Shown: positions 20,399-29,956, numbered from the stretch's first letter. The stretch: 64,000 nt of DNA from Candidatus Poribacteria bacterium (GCA_965197475.1 CBDANF010000003.1:704001-768000); one strand, 5' to 3'. Numbers and translations are program-made. Notes: generated by a model not told the origin, from the letters alone.

Positions 20399-21502
20399 TT
20401 AGGATCTCAAACGCATCGGTGCAAGGAAACATTTATGTCCATCATCCCCCATAGGTTTAACAATAAGGAAACTAAACTCTCCCGAAAACTCAAGGATTAC
20501 AGATTCCGTTTCAATATGTGTAAAGATTTCTGTTAGTCTATGAGCATCCAAACCGATCCGTACGTTTCCATTACTAGATTCAACAGCGACTGTTTCATGT
20601 GCTTCACCAAGTTCAGGGGTTTCGGTTGAAATTCGAATTTCTTCGGGATCAATCTCTAAACAGATCGCAAAATTTTTCGGATTTGAAAGTAAAGCCACTC
20701 GGCGGGTCGCTCGTAGGATTGATTCCCTTGATACAACCGCCCGACCCTCAGAAAATTCCTGTATAAGCGATTGGTATTTTTGATATTCACCTTCTACCAA
20801 ACGTGTTGTCAAGGTGGCGTTGTTATCGGTAAGAAGAATTTGATTCTTGAGCAGTAAAATCTTAACCTCGGTGGAATTGGCAAAGGTACGCGCAATTTCC
20901 TTGACAGCCTTCAGTGGAACAATAAATTCACTAACATCTTCAGATGTTTTTAGGGGTGAACAATTTGCCAACGCAAGTTTATGTCTATCAGTTGCGACCA
21001 CTTCAGTTCTATCTTCAAGAAGATTGAAAAAAAGCCCGTTCAGCTGGTACTGAAATTCCTCTGTAGATGCCGCAAACGCTGTTTTGTGGATAACAGAGCA
21101 CAAGGTTTCACCATCAATAGTTACACCTTCTCCCTCAGCAGATGGCAGTTGTGGAAAATCTTCATCGGAGAGCCCAATCATTTTGTAAGTACCATCTCCG
21201 CAAGTGAGTTCAACACGGTCATTTGCGGTTGTAACCAAGTTTATCGGCTTATCTCCGGGTAATTCTCGGACGATGTCTGTCAATTTTTTAGCAGAGACCG
21301 TGATAGCCCCTTCTTCCAGGATAGTGCCTACCACTTTAACTCTAATACCGACTTCTAAATCGGTCGCTGCAAATTCAATGTTCCCATCTTGTGCGCGAAT
21401 AAGAACATTTGCGAGAATCGGCAAGGTGTTACGTCCACTTGCTACACCTTGAACTAGTTGTAAGGAATATAAAAGTTCGTCTTTTTCAAAAGTAAGTTCC
21501 AT
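20399..21502 (-). CDS. dnaN: DNA polymerase III beta sliding clamp, divergent paralog (copy B)
   Basis: Full-length clamp (TLPIL.NVL, ATDLEV, DFP.LP, LNG, ATD, PMRL), colinear with the adjacent copy. Confidence 0.9.
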   Translation of the reverse strand: MELTFEKDELLYSLQLVQGVASGRNTLPILANVLIRAQDGNIEFAATDLEVGIRVKVVGTILEEGAITVSAKKLTDIVRELPGDKPINLVTTANDRVELTCGDGTYKMIGLSDEDFPQLPSAEGEGVTIDGETLCSVIHKTAFAASTEEFQYQLNGLFFNLLEDRTEVVATDRHKLALANCSPLKTSEDVSEFIVPLKAVKEIARTFANSTEVKILLLKNQILLTDNNATLTTRLVEGEYQKYQSLIQEFSEGRAVVSRESILRATRRVALLSNPKNFAICLEIDPEEIRISTETPELGEAHETVAVESSNGNVRIGLDAHRLTEIFTHIETESVILEFSGEFSFLIVKPMGDDGHKCFLAPMRLRS

Positions 21503-21539
21503 TGCAATCGCTCCTATTATTTTAGTGTCAAATCATTAA

Positions 21540-21705
21540 TAAGACTTACGGAATTTGTCAGATTTTAATCCAAGCATTCCTTTCCCATATTTTGAGTTAA
21601 TTATACGTTAAAAAATGGAAAAGTCAAGTATTTTTAACAAATGTTAAAATCTGTCAGGTTTGTCATAAGAATCGGGGAAATCCTATCGTCAGCGTAATGT
21701 CTACA
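21540..21705. repeat. Degenerate inverted-repeat element between the dnaN copies
   Basis: TGTCAGATTTTAA / TTAAAATCTGTCA arms; left end AAGACTTACG resembles the CAGGACTTACGCA TIR family. Confidence 0.45.
21600..21627 (-). promoter_or_regulatory. Sigma70-type promoter for dnaN copy B
   Basis: Minus strand TTGACT, 16-nt spacer, TATAAT; about 100 nt upstream of the ATG at 21502. Confidence 0.55.
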
Positions 21706-21732
21706 TCCTGATAAGTAAAACGTATATACGAC

Positions 21733-22851
21733 TTAGGATTCTGATGACGAATTTGTTTCTAAGCGCATCGGCATGATGATACAAATGTGTACATCATCAC
21801 CTACAGGTTTTACAACAAGTGGATTCAACTCTCCAGAAAACTCTAAAACCAGAGATTCAGTCTCAATGTGTGCTAAAACCTCCGTCAACAACCGCGCATC
21901 AAAACCGATCCGAACGCTACCGCTGCCAGATTCTACTGCAAGTGTCTCGTGTGCCTCACCATGTTCAGGCGACTTTGCTGAAACCTGAATCTGTTCGGGG
22001 TCTATATCTAAGCAGATCGAAAAATTTTTCGGATTTGAAAGTAAAGCCACTCGCCGCGTAGCACGTAAAATTGATTCCTTCGATACGACCGTACGACCCT
22101 CAGTAGATTCGGGTATGATCGTCTGATATTTCGGATATTCGCCTTCTACCAAACGTGTTGTCAACGTTGCGTTTTCATCCGCAAAAAGAATTTGATTCTT
22201 GACAAGTGAAATTTTTACCTCAGGGGAATCGGCGAAGGTGCGTTCAATCTCCTTGACAGCTTTCAGCGGGACAATGAATCCGCTGATATCTTCAGGTGCC
22301 TTCATGGGAGCACAATGTGCAAGCGCGAGCTGTTTTCCATCAGTTGCGACCACTTCAGTCTTATCTTCAAGAAGGTTGAAAAAGAGCCCGTTCAAAAAGT
22401 ATCGGACCTCCTCTGTAGATGCAGCGAATTCTGTTTTATGGATAACAGAACACAAAGTTTCACCTTCAATCGTTATAGCCTCACTATCAACAGATGGTAG
22501 TTGTGGAAAATCTTCATCGGAGAGTCCAATAATTTTATAAACACCATCTCCGCAAGTGATTTCAATTCGATCGTTTGCAGTTGTAACGAGTTCGATCGTT
22601 TTATCTGGTAATTCTCTAACAATGTCTACCAATTTTTTAGCAGAAACCGTGATGGATCCTTCTTCTTTGATAGTTCCAATGACTTTGACTTTGATGCCGA
22701 CTTCCAGATCGGTCGCTGTACATTCAATGTTCCCGCCCTCGGCACGAATGAGGACGTTTGAAAGAATTGGCAAGGTATTACGTCCACTTGCCACACTCTG
22801 AACTATCTGTAAGGAATATAAAAGTTCATCTTTTTCAAAAGCAAGTTCCAT
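21733..22851 (-). CDS. dnaN: DNA polymerase III beta sliding clamp, canonical-looking copy (copy A)
   Basis: VRYFLNG, ATDG, GEYPKY and IIMPMRL motifs conserved. Confidence 0.95.
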   Translation of the reverse strand: MELAFEKDELLYSLQIVQSVASGRNTLPILSNVLIRAEGGNIECTATDLEVGIKVKVIGTIKEEGSITVSAKKLVDIVRELPDKTIELVTTANDRIEITCGDGVYKIIGLSDEDFPQLPSVDSEAITIEGETLCSVIHKTEFAASTEEVRYFLNGLFFNLLEDKTEVVATDGKQLALAHCAPMKAPEDISGFIVPLKAVKEIERTFADSPEVKISLVKNQILFADENATLTTRLVEGEYPKYQTIIPESTEGRTVVSKESILRATRRVALLSNPKNFSICLDIDPEQIQVSAKSPEHGEAHETLAVESGSGSVRIGFDARLLTEVLAHIETESLVLEFSGELNPLVVKPVGDDVHICIIMPMRLETNSSSES

Positions 22852-23039
22852 TCCAAGAGCTCCTATTTTTATTGTATCAAGTAAATTAATAACGTGAGTT
22901 TGACTTAAACGCTTCGTGAATTAACACCGAATACATGTATGGTTTTCGGCGGGTTGAACAACGTGAAACCTAATGCTTTTCATGCCTACATTTCCCAGAG
23001 CCATTCAGTTTTCGGTTTTTTGCCTGTTTTAGTCGTAAA

Positions 23040-23097
23040 GTCGCGACCTGCGAATCAACGCCAAATGCACTTATTGCATTTGGCGGGTCGCTCCTAC
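23040..23097 (-). repeat. GTAG REP interrupted by a 33-bp micro-hairpin
   Basis: Removing 23052-23084 restores GTAGGAGCGACC-CGCA-GGTCGCGAC. Confidence 0.7.
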
Positions 23098-23161
23098 AGA
23101 GGAGAAACCTTGAGCAGAAGGTAACAACTACCGGAGAATTGAAGGACTCTGTATTTTCACC

Positions 23162-23190
23162 TTGACAGACTTTTGATTGTTTAGTATAAC
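23162..23190 (+). promoter_or_regulatory. Sigma70-type promoter
   Basis: TTGACA, 17-nt spacer, TATAAC. Confidence 0.7.
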
Positions 23191-23289
23191 ATACTATAGA
23201 AAATATATCCATTATATTTTGGTATATCATCTTTAGCAGTTTCAGAACAGAAATTGTGTCAGCATCTTAATTTCACCCTCCTAACAAGA

Positions 23290-25221
23290 ATGCATCAGAC
23301 AAACTTACAGACTTCGCAGCCAATTTCAAAACGGGCGGTATTGATTGGTACCGTCCTGATCATAGGCAATAGCTACTGGATAGCTTATGTTGAAATGATT
23401 TGGCATACAGCGCACCTGACAACCGTTGCAATGTCTGTGAACGTCATGTTCGGCATTTTTGTTATCACGGTGTTGAACATGTGGATCCGAAGTTTAGCAC
23501 CGAGTGCTGCGCTCACACAGCGCGACCTGATCGTTGTTTACAGCATGCTTGCAGTCGGCAGTGCATTTTCAGGACACGATTGTATTCCGCGGCTTATGGG
23601 ACTTATTCCGTACGCCTTTCGCTTTGCTACTGCTGAAAATGATTGGGAAGCACTGCTTTTTCATCATCTTCCTGAATGGCTTGTCGTCAAACATCCGAAA
23701 ACGGTCAACGATTTCTACGAGGGTAACGTCAACTTTTTTACCGAAGGGTATGTGCAATACTGGATTGTCCCTATTCTTTCATGGTCGGCGGTTATCTTTC
23801 TTTTGATGTTGATCTTTCTTTGCTTGACTGCCTTGATTCGCAAGCAATGGATAGAAAGCGAAAAACTCGCGTATCCGATTATCCAAATCCCACTTGAGAT
23901 TACTACGAACCGCCGCATCTTCAGAAAACGTCTCCTCTGGATCGGCTTCGGGGTAGCAGTAGGGATAAACCTACTCAACGGGTTACATTTCTTTTTTCCG
24001 ATGCTACCGGAAATTCCTGTCAGAAAATATAACCTTAATATCTACTTCACACAAAAGCCGTGGAACGCGATAGGTAGCACACCGCTTCGGTTTCATCCTT
24101 ACCTAATAGGCTTTTCGTTTATTCTGCCGCTGGATTTAGCGTTTTCGTGTTCGTTTTTCTACTTAATGAAGAAGGTGCAGCTCTTATTTGGAAGTGCGAC
24201 AGGTGTATCAAAATCACCGGGGTACCCATTTTTAGGGGAGCAAGGTGCAGGCGCGTTGCTTGCGCTTCTTGCTGTAGCATGTTGGAATGGACGAAAGCAT
24301 TTTGCATTCGTGTTTTCACAAGTGATTCGACCAAATCGTGCGGAGGCACAAAATGAAGCGTTTTCCTATCGCAGCACCTTAATTACATTAGCATTATCCC
24401 TGTTTTTACTTGCTGTTTTCTGTATTCGAGGTGGCATGTCGTTATGGGCATTTGCCGTTTTCATCGGCATCTACCTGCTGATTGTTGTCGGTCTAACACG
24501 GATGCGTGCAGAACTTGGTCCCCCGATACACGCAATCGGCTACCTAACCCCACAATATATGATGATTTCACTCCTCGGCACACGGAGACTACGGGCGGGC
24601 AATCTCACGATGCTATCATTGATGAATTGGCTGAGTGGTGCCAGTTATGCCTCATTCCGCACCCATCCAATGCCTGATCAGTTGGAAGCGTTCAAACTGG
24701 CGGAGCGGACCAGTATTCGAAATCGAACGATGTTCACGGTGTTAGTCATCGCAAGCCTCGTCGGTATCTTGTCAAGCCTAATTCTCTATCCGTATGCAAT
24801 CTATCGCGAAGGAGTGGCTGCAGGTTCCGAGCAGATTCACGCCGGTGGCGCAGATACATATAATTTCTTGTCATCATGGTTAGTAAATCCGAAACCGATG
24901 GACTGGTTAGCAACAACTGTGCTTGGGGTAACGTTCATAGCAAATTTGGGCATCATGCTGCTTCGATCACGCTTTGTGTGGTGTCCACTGCATCCAGCGG
25001 GATATGTTATAGGCGTTGCGCCTGGAACAACAGATATAATCTGGTTCCCGCTGCTTATCGCGATGGTAACGAAATGGATTATCTTACGGAATGGCGGCAT
25101 AAAAGCGTATCGACGGGCAATACCGTTTTTCATCGGGTTGGTTTTGGGGGAAGCGTTGATGGGCTGTTTCTGGCCTCTATTGAGCTTAATTTTGCGGTCA
25201 GCGGTGTATAGTTGGATCTGA
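23290..25221 (+). CDS. Polytopic membrane protein, DUF6785/DUF6784-like (putative transporter)
   Basis: Many TM segments; RKQW...EKL.YPI..IP, R.RAE.G.P and W.PLHP.GY motifs; start uncertain (23254 or 23290). Confidence 0.65.
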   Translation: MHQTNLQTSQPISKRAVLIGTVLIIGNSYWIAYVEMIWHTAHLTTVAMSVNVMFGIFVITVLNMWIRSLAPSAALTQRDLIVVYSMLAVGSAFSGHDCIPRLMGLIPYAFRFATAENDWEALLFHHLPEWLVVKHPKTVNDFYEGNVNFFTEGYVQYWIVPILSWSAVIFLLMLIFLCLTALIRKQWIESEKLAYPIIQIPLEITTNRRIFRKRLLWIGFGVAVGINLLNGLHFFFPMLPEIPVRKYNLNIYFTQKPWNAIGSTPLRFHPYLIGFSFILPLDLAFSCSFFYLMKKVQLLFGSATGVSKSPGYPFLGEQGAGALLALLAVACWNGRKHFAFVFSQVIRPNRAEAQNEAFSYRSTLITLALSLFLLAVFCIRGGMSLWAFAVFIGIYLLIVVGLTRMRAELGPPIHAIGYLTPQYMMISLLGTRRLRAGNLTMLSLMNWLSGASYASFRTHPMPDQLEAFKLAERTSIRNRTMFTVLVIASLVGILSSLILYPYAIYREGVAAGSEQIHAGGADTYNFLSSWLVNPKPMDWLATTVLGVTFIANLGIMLLRSRFVWCPLHPAGYVIGVAPGTTDIIWFPLLIAMVTKWIILRNGGIKAYRRAIPFFIGLVLGEALMGCFWPLLSLILRSAVYSWI

Positions 25222-25328
25222 TTGTGTTTATTAGAAATCGTCTCTGTTTTTACAAAGATTGCCATTTTATTAAAGTTTTGATATTATACTCTATTGAAAA
25301 TCCAAATTAATCAAAAGAAGGAGAATAA

Positions 25329-26231
25329 ATGCAACCACAATTACCCGATGCGCGAAATGAAAATATCTTAATCCACGTCGGTGGGGAATTACTACCCCGT
25401 GAAGATGCGAAAATCTCTGTGTTTGATAGCCTTGCACAAGGTGGAGATGGTGTATGGGAGGGACTACGTATCTATAAAGGTAAAATTTTTGCACTGGATG
25501 TGCACCTTGACAGATTGGTGGACTCCGCACACGCGATGGCGTTCGAAGGAATTCCATCTCGCGACGAAATCAAAACCGCTATCTTTGAAACGCTCCAAGC
25601 AAACGGGATGCGCGATGAAGTTCATATCCGCTTAACACTCAGCCGTGGGAAAAAAGTGACCTCCAGCATGAATCCGAAGGTAAACCAATATGGCACTTGT
25701 TTAATTGTTTTGGCAGAATGGAAAGCACCGATTTATGCAAGCACAGGGATTCGGTTGATTACTTCAGCAATTCGGCGGAATCCTGCCCAGTGTATTGATT
25801 CAAAGATTCATCATAATAATTTGATTAACAATATTCTCGCTAAAATAGAAGCGAACGTCGCTGGCGTAGATGATGCGATTATGCTTGACATTTTCGGTTT
25901 TGTCTCTGAAACAAATGCAACAAATATCTTTATAGTGAAAAAAGGGCAAGTCCTTACCCCACATGCGGATAGCTGCCTGCCTGGGATTACGCGTGGTAAC
26001 GTCGTCCATCTGGCGCGCGAAGCGCAGATTCCGTTGGTAGAACGGAACGTCTCCCTGACAGAGGTTTACACAGCAGATGAGATGTTTACGACCGGCACTG
26101 TTGGTGAGTTAAGCTCTGTGTTAGAGGTAGATGGCAGACAGATTGGTACAGGGAGTCCTGGGCCGATGACAGGACGTTTGCAAGAACTTTACGCCGAAAT
26201 GATAGCACGTGAAGGCGTTCCGATACCGTAG
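25329..26231 (+). CDS. Class IV aminotransferase (branched-chain/D-amino acid family)
   Basis: GDGVWEGLR, HLDRL, E...TNIFIV, LPGITR, ADEMF.TGT motifs. Confidence 0.9.
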   Translation: MQPQLPDARNENILIHVGGELLPREDAKISVFDSLAQGGDGVWEGLRIYKGKIFALDVHLDRLVDSAHAMAFEGIPSRDEIKTAIFETLQANGMRDEVHIRLTLSRGKKVTSSMNPKVNQYGTCLIVLAEWKAPIYASTGIRLITSAIRRNPAQCIDSKIHHNNLINNILAKIEANVAGVDDAIMLDIFGFVSETNATNIFIVKKGQVLTPHADSCLPGITRGNVVHLAREAQIPLVERNVSLTEVYTADEMFTTGTVGELSSVLEVDGRQIGTGSPGPMTGRLQELYAEMIAREGVPIP

Positions 26232-26242
26232 AAAATTGATCG

Positions 26243-27337
26243 CTATTGGTTCTGCAATGTTTCCATGAGAACTGCCGCTCCGTCAGTGATGATTAATTCA
26301 ACGGCTAATACAACTATCGGTAATTTTGTGGAAAGAGATGCTAACTTTTGTTCGTCCTTCTGTGTCGTGACAACCCACTCAGCACTACAACGTTTCATCC
26401 GTTGTTGAATTTGCAGTAAATCAGATTCGGTGTAGACATGGTGGTCAGGGAAGGCGAACAATTCCACTGCCTCTGGATTATACTTCTCAAGTGTTGCGAC
26501 AAACGCTTTCGGGTTGCCAATTCCGCACACAGCCAGAAGTCTTTTACCCGTAAGGTTTTTTATCGGCATTGTAGGATGTTTGCCTGGTTGATTTAGCCAG
26601 TACAAAGATGTTGGTTGATGAATACTTTCCAAGATCGGTATATTAGGTGTCAATCGATTCAGTTCCGCTTTCAAATCTGAAACTTGTGTGCCAACTGCAT
26701 CTGTCCGAGTCAATAGAATTATATCAGCACGTTGTAGTGCAGATATGGGTTCCCTTAAAGTGCCAACTGGCAGCAGCGCACCAGTACCGTAAGGTTGCGT
26801 TGCATCAATCGTAAGAATATCAACATCGCGTGCCAATTGGCGGTGTTGATAACCGTCATCCAGGATTAAGATATTGCTTTTAAAGCGATCAAGAGCGGTT
26901 TTTCCTACGAAATAACGTCGTTTTCCAATGACAATCGGAATATTGGTGAGTTGGCGCGCAAGCATATTTGCTTCATCACCGCTTTCTGCTCGAGAGCAGA
27001 GCAGATTTTCACCATCCGAGACGACCGTTATCTCCTCACTGCTGCGTCGCTTATAGCCTCGAAGAAGAATTGCTACCTGAAAACCTTTATTCTGGAGCAG
27101 TTTAGCGATTGCGGCAGAAGCAGGCGTTTTACCTGTTCCTCCTACGACGATATTGCCAACACTAATAACGGTGCAAGGCAGTCGTTTCTGTTTGATTACG
27201 CCGATCATAAAGCAGTAATTTCGTATCCAGACAGCGGCACTGTAGAGCCAACACAGTGGTATTAGCAGAATGCGGAAGAGTGTGGGGAAAACACCGCGTT
27301 GTTGGGTAGTGATGAAAGTGTAGAGTCTACGTTTCAT
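26243..27337 (-). CDS. lpxK: Tetraacyldisaccharide 4'-kinase
   Basis: VGNIVVGGTGKTP, RGY, LDDGYQH, G.LREP, FPDHH, TTQKD motifs. Confidence 0.95.
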   Translation of the reverse strand: MKRRLYTFITTQQRGVFPTLFRILLIPLCWLYSAAVWIRNYCFMIGVIKQKRLPCTVISVGNIVVGGTGKTPASAAIAKLLQNKGFQVAILLRGYKRRSSEEITVVSDGENLLCSRAESGDEANMLARQLTNIPIVIGKRRYFVGKTALDRFKSNILILDDGYQHRQLARDVDILTIDATQPYGTGALLPVGTLREPISALQRADIILLTRTDAVGTQVSDLKAELNRLTPNIPILESIHQPTSLYWLNQPGKHPTMPIKNLTGKRLLAVCGIGNPKAFVATLEKYNPEAVELFAFPDHHVYTESDLLQIQQRMKRCSAEWVVTTQKDEQKLASLSTKLPIVVLAVELIITDGAAVLMETLQNQ

Positions 27338-28502
27338 TAGGTGAATTACGCGGGATGGGATTACGTGCCGATGCAATCTGTTCCAATACTAACTGTGCCG
27401 TTCTTTCTGCCGCACCAGACTCACCTAATTGTTGATAAACAGAATGGAGGGCATCACGTTGCGCATCACGTTTTTTGGGGTTTCGGAGTAGGTCTAAGGT
27501 AAGTTCTGTTAACGTATCGGGTGTCAATTCATCTTGCAGAAGTTCAGGTACAATGCGTTTTTTGGCAATGAGATTCGGCAATCCGCTATGCTCTAACGGG
27601 GTTAATGCGTTAATCATTCGCCAATTGAACCACGAAGTGCGATATAGAATGATCATTGGCACCCCAATGCACGCAGCTTCAAGCGTGGCGGTTCCAGATG
27701 TAATAAGCATCAACGTTGCTGCACGCATTGCCGTGTAAGTTTTACCTTGTAATAGTTTTATAGTCGGCAGACCTGTGATTCCATCCTTGCAGTCATCTAT
27801 CCGTTCCTGTGAAATACCGAGGGCGAGAGGAAGAATCCATTCTGTATCTGGATAAACTTGCGCAATGTTTGCAGCTGCCTTTAGCATAATTGGAAGAAGA
27901 CGTTCTATTTCGGACCGTCGGCTTCCGGGCATTAAACCAACGACATGTGTATCGCTTTGTAACCCGAGTTTTTCACGTGCTTGTGTAGGTGCAAGATCGG
28001 TTTTCGCAAAATCAACCAACGGATGCCCTACGAATTCGGCAAGTGCGCCCGCATTCTGATAAAATTCTGTTTCAAAAGGGAAAATTGAGGCAACGACGTT
28101 GGCGCGCTTCGCAAGTTTTTTTGCCCTACCAGCGCGCCATGCCCAGGCTTTAGGTGGAATATAGTAGACCACAGGAATACCTTGTCCATGGGCATACTTT
28201 GCCAAAGGCATGTTAAATTCAGCAAAATCTACAAGGAGCAGCACATCCGGACTTTGTTGACGGATTCGTTCTTTTAACAACGCCTGTTTTTTTAGAAACT
28301 TTGGAAGGACAGCAAAAGCTTCAACGATACCCATGACAGCAGAATCTCGGATGTGTATGTCAAGACATACGCCTGATTCTTCCATCATATCACCGCCCAT
28401 GCCGTAGAGCGATATTTCTGGATGTTGTGCTTTGAGGGCTTGGACGACATGTGAGGCGTGCAGGTCGCCAGACGGTTCGCCTGCGACAATCATAAGTTCC
28501 AT
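27327..28502 (-). CDS. lpxB: Lipid-A-disaccharide synthase
   Basis: AGEPSGD, P..WAWR, FPFE, VGHP, PGSR..E, SGTATLE, LPNLI motifs. Confidence 0.95.
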   Translation of the reverse strand: MELMIVAGEPSGDLHASHVVQALKAQHPEISLYGMGGDMMEESGVCLDIHIRDSAVMGIVEAFAVLPKFLKKQALLKERIRQQSPDVLLLVDFAEFNMPLAKYAHGQGIPVVYYIPPKAWAWRAGRAKKLAKRANVVASIFPFETEFYQNAGALAEFVGHPLVDFAKTDLAPTQAREKLGLQSDTHVVGLMPGSRRSEIERLLPIMLKAAANIAQVYPDTEWILPLALGISQERIDDCKDGITGLPTIKLLQGKTYTAMRAATLMLITSGTATLEAACIGVPMIILYRTSWFNWRMINALTPLEHSGLPNLIAKKRIVPELLQDELTPDTLTELTLDLLRNPKKRDAQRDALHSVYQQLGESGAAERTAQLVLEQIASARNPIPRNSPNET

Positions 28503-28517
28503 TAAGATTTGTAATTG

Positions 28518-28541
28518 TAACGGCACACAGCGTGTGCCTAT
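28518..28541 (-). repeat. GGCAC-family REP-like hairpin
   Basis: GGCACAC-AGC-GTGTGCC hairpin with an ATAG foot, lying between argC and lpxB. Confidence 0.6.
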
Positions 28542-28549
28542 TGCCGTAA

Positions 28550-29593
28550 CTATGGCATTAATCCTGGTGCTTTCAGACCGTCTGTTTCGTCGTAGCCGAA
28601 CATCAAATTAAGATTTTGCAAAGCAGCTCCAGCCGCACCTTTCCCGAGATTATCAAGTGCTGCCATCGCAACAACACGTTGTGTCCGTTCGTCAACCTCA
28701 ACCCCGACATCACAATAGTTGCTTCCGAGTACTTCTTTAGTTTGCGGATATTCGTCCTTGTCAAGAACACGGATGAACGGTTCGTTTTCGTAAAAAGTGG
28801 CATATATCCCAAGCAAGGTTTCGGTGTCAAGTGGTTGTTTCAGACGTGCGTAGACAGTGCTGAGGATGCCTCGTGTCATCGGAACTAAATGCGGGGTGAA
28901 AGTTACACAAACTGTTTCTCCCGCAACCGCGCTTAACTCCTGTTCAATCTCTGGTGTGTGGCGGTGTATTCCGATGTTGTAAGCAACAACGTTAGATTCA
29001 CGATTCGGATAGTGAGTAGTGTCCTTGGGTTTCGGTCCTGCTCCCGAAATACCTGATTTTGAATCGACAACTATTGATTCTAATTCGATGAGTCTATTGT
29101 TAAGCAGCGGCATCGTGGCAAGGATAGCACTAGTCGGGTAACATCCGGGATTCGCTACGAGTTTAGCTTCTCGGATTTTCTCACGGTAACGTTCTGGCAA
29201 CCCGTACACCGCATTCTGAATAAGTTCGGGACTGGTGTGATCAACGTGGTACCAGTCGCTGTAGGTCTGTGCATCACGGAGACGGTAATCTGCGCTGAAA
29301 TCAACGACACGCAACCCTTGTGCAATAATTTGCGGGGCGTAAGTCATCGCTACTTTGTGCGGTACAGCTAACACAACAACGTCTACCCGGTCTTTAAGTG
29401 AATCAATGTCTAACGGCTCAAATACAAGGTCAATGAAATTGCGAAGATGCGGTAAGACTCGGTCAACGCGCTGCCCTGCGTAGGTTTCGGATGTGGCGAG
29501 TTCCACGCGTAGTCCGCCGGAATGGTGGACCAAAAATCTTACTAATTCGCTGCCGCTATAACCGGATGCACCAACAATTCCGATCTTTGTCAT
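28550..29593 (-). CDS. argC: N-acetyl-gamma-glutamyl-phosphate reductase
   Basis: GASGYSG, VYGLPE, ANPGCYPT, HRH.PEI, PHLVPMTRG, DNLGKGAAG motifs. Confidence 0.97.
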   Translation of the reverse strand: MTKIGIVGASGYSGSELVRFLVHHSGGLRVELATSETYAGQRVDRVLPHLRNFIDLVFEPLDIDSLKDRVDVVVLAVPHKVAMTYAPQIIAQGLRVVDFSADYRLRDAQTYSDWYHVDHTSPELIQNAVYGLPERYREKIREAKLVANPGCYPTSAILATMPLLNNRLIELESIVVDSKSGISGAGPKPKDTTHYPNRESNVVAYNIGIHRHTPEIEQELSAVAGETVCVTFTPHLVPMTRGILSTVYARLKQPLDTETLLGIYATFYENEPFIRVLDKDEYPQTKEVLGSNYCDVGVEVDERTQRVVAMAALDNLGKGAAGAALQNLNLMFGYDETDGLKAPGLMP

Positions 29594-29622
29594 CTTTCTT
29601 ACCTTTGGACATTTTTACCCCT

Positions 29623-29899
29623 ACTAAACTTTGGACAATTTTAGAGTGCTTGTGTGGTAACAGGGGTAATAGAAACACCTTGTACATCAAAATAAGATTT
29701 GTTTATACACATTTCGCCCGCTGGGACTTACTCCGTTAAGGTTATCGTTTTCTATAAACATTCCGTCCTGCTGGGGCTGCTCTTTGCTGCACACGAAATA
29801 CTTTTTTCTGCGAGTTACGAACCTGAACAAAACTTGCAGAAAATAGAAACATATTTGAAAACTCAACATCAAATAGACAAAAATTGTCCTAACTTTAGT
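29623..29899. mobile_element. MITE, ACTAAASTTWGGACAATTT family
   Basis: 19-bp imperfect TIRs; internal CTATAAACATT...GCTGGGGCT repeats; homologous to 46555-46971. Confidence 0.8.
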
Positions 29900-29908
29900 T
29901 TTCCTTAA

Positions 29909-29937
29909 ATAATAGCATGAAATGTCTTGGTTGTCAA
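29909..29937 (-). promoter_or_regulatory. Probable promoter of the argC-lpxB-lpxK operon
   Basis: Minus strand TTGACA, 17-nt spacer, TGcTATTAT. Confidence 0.65.
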
Positions 29938-29956
29938 GATTATACATGAAGTCGTA

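Noticed and set aside
20399-22851. dnaN duplication as an assembly artefact
   Set aside because: The copies differ at many synonymous and non-synonymous sites, have different ends, and both frames are intact.
22939-23230. Small ORFs or a replication origin upstream of dnaN
   Set aside because: The ORFs overlap repeats and promoters; I saw no cluster of DnaA boxes and there is no dnaA gene.
29687-29947. Small ORFs on both strands upstream of argC
   Set aside because: They lie over a MITE and a promoter and show no protein motifs.
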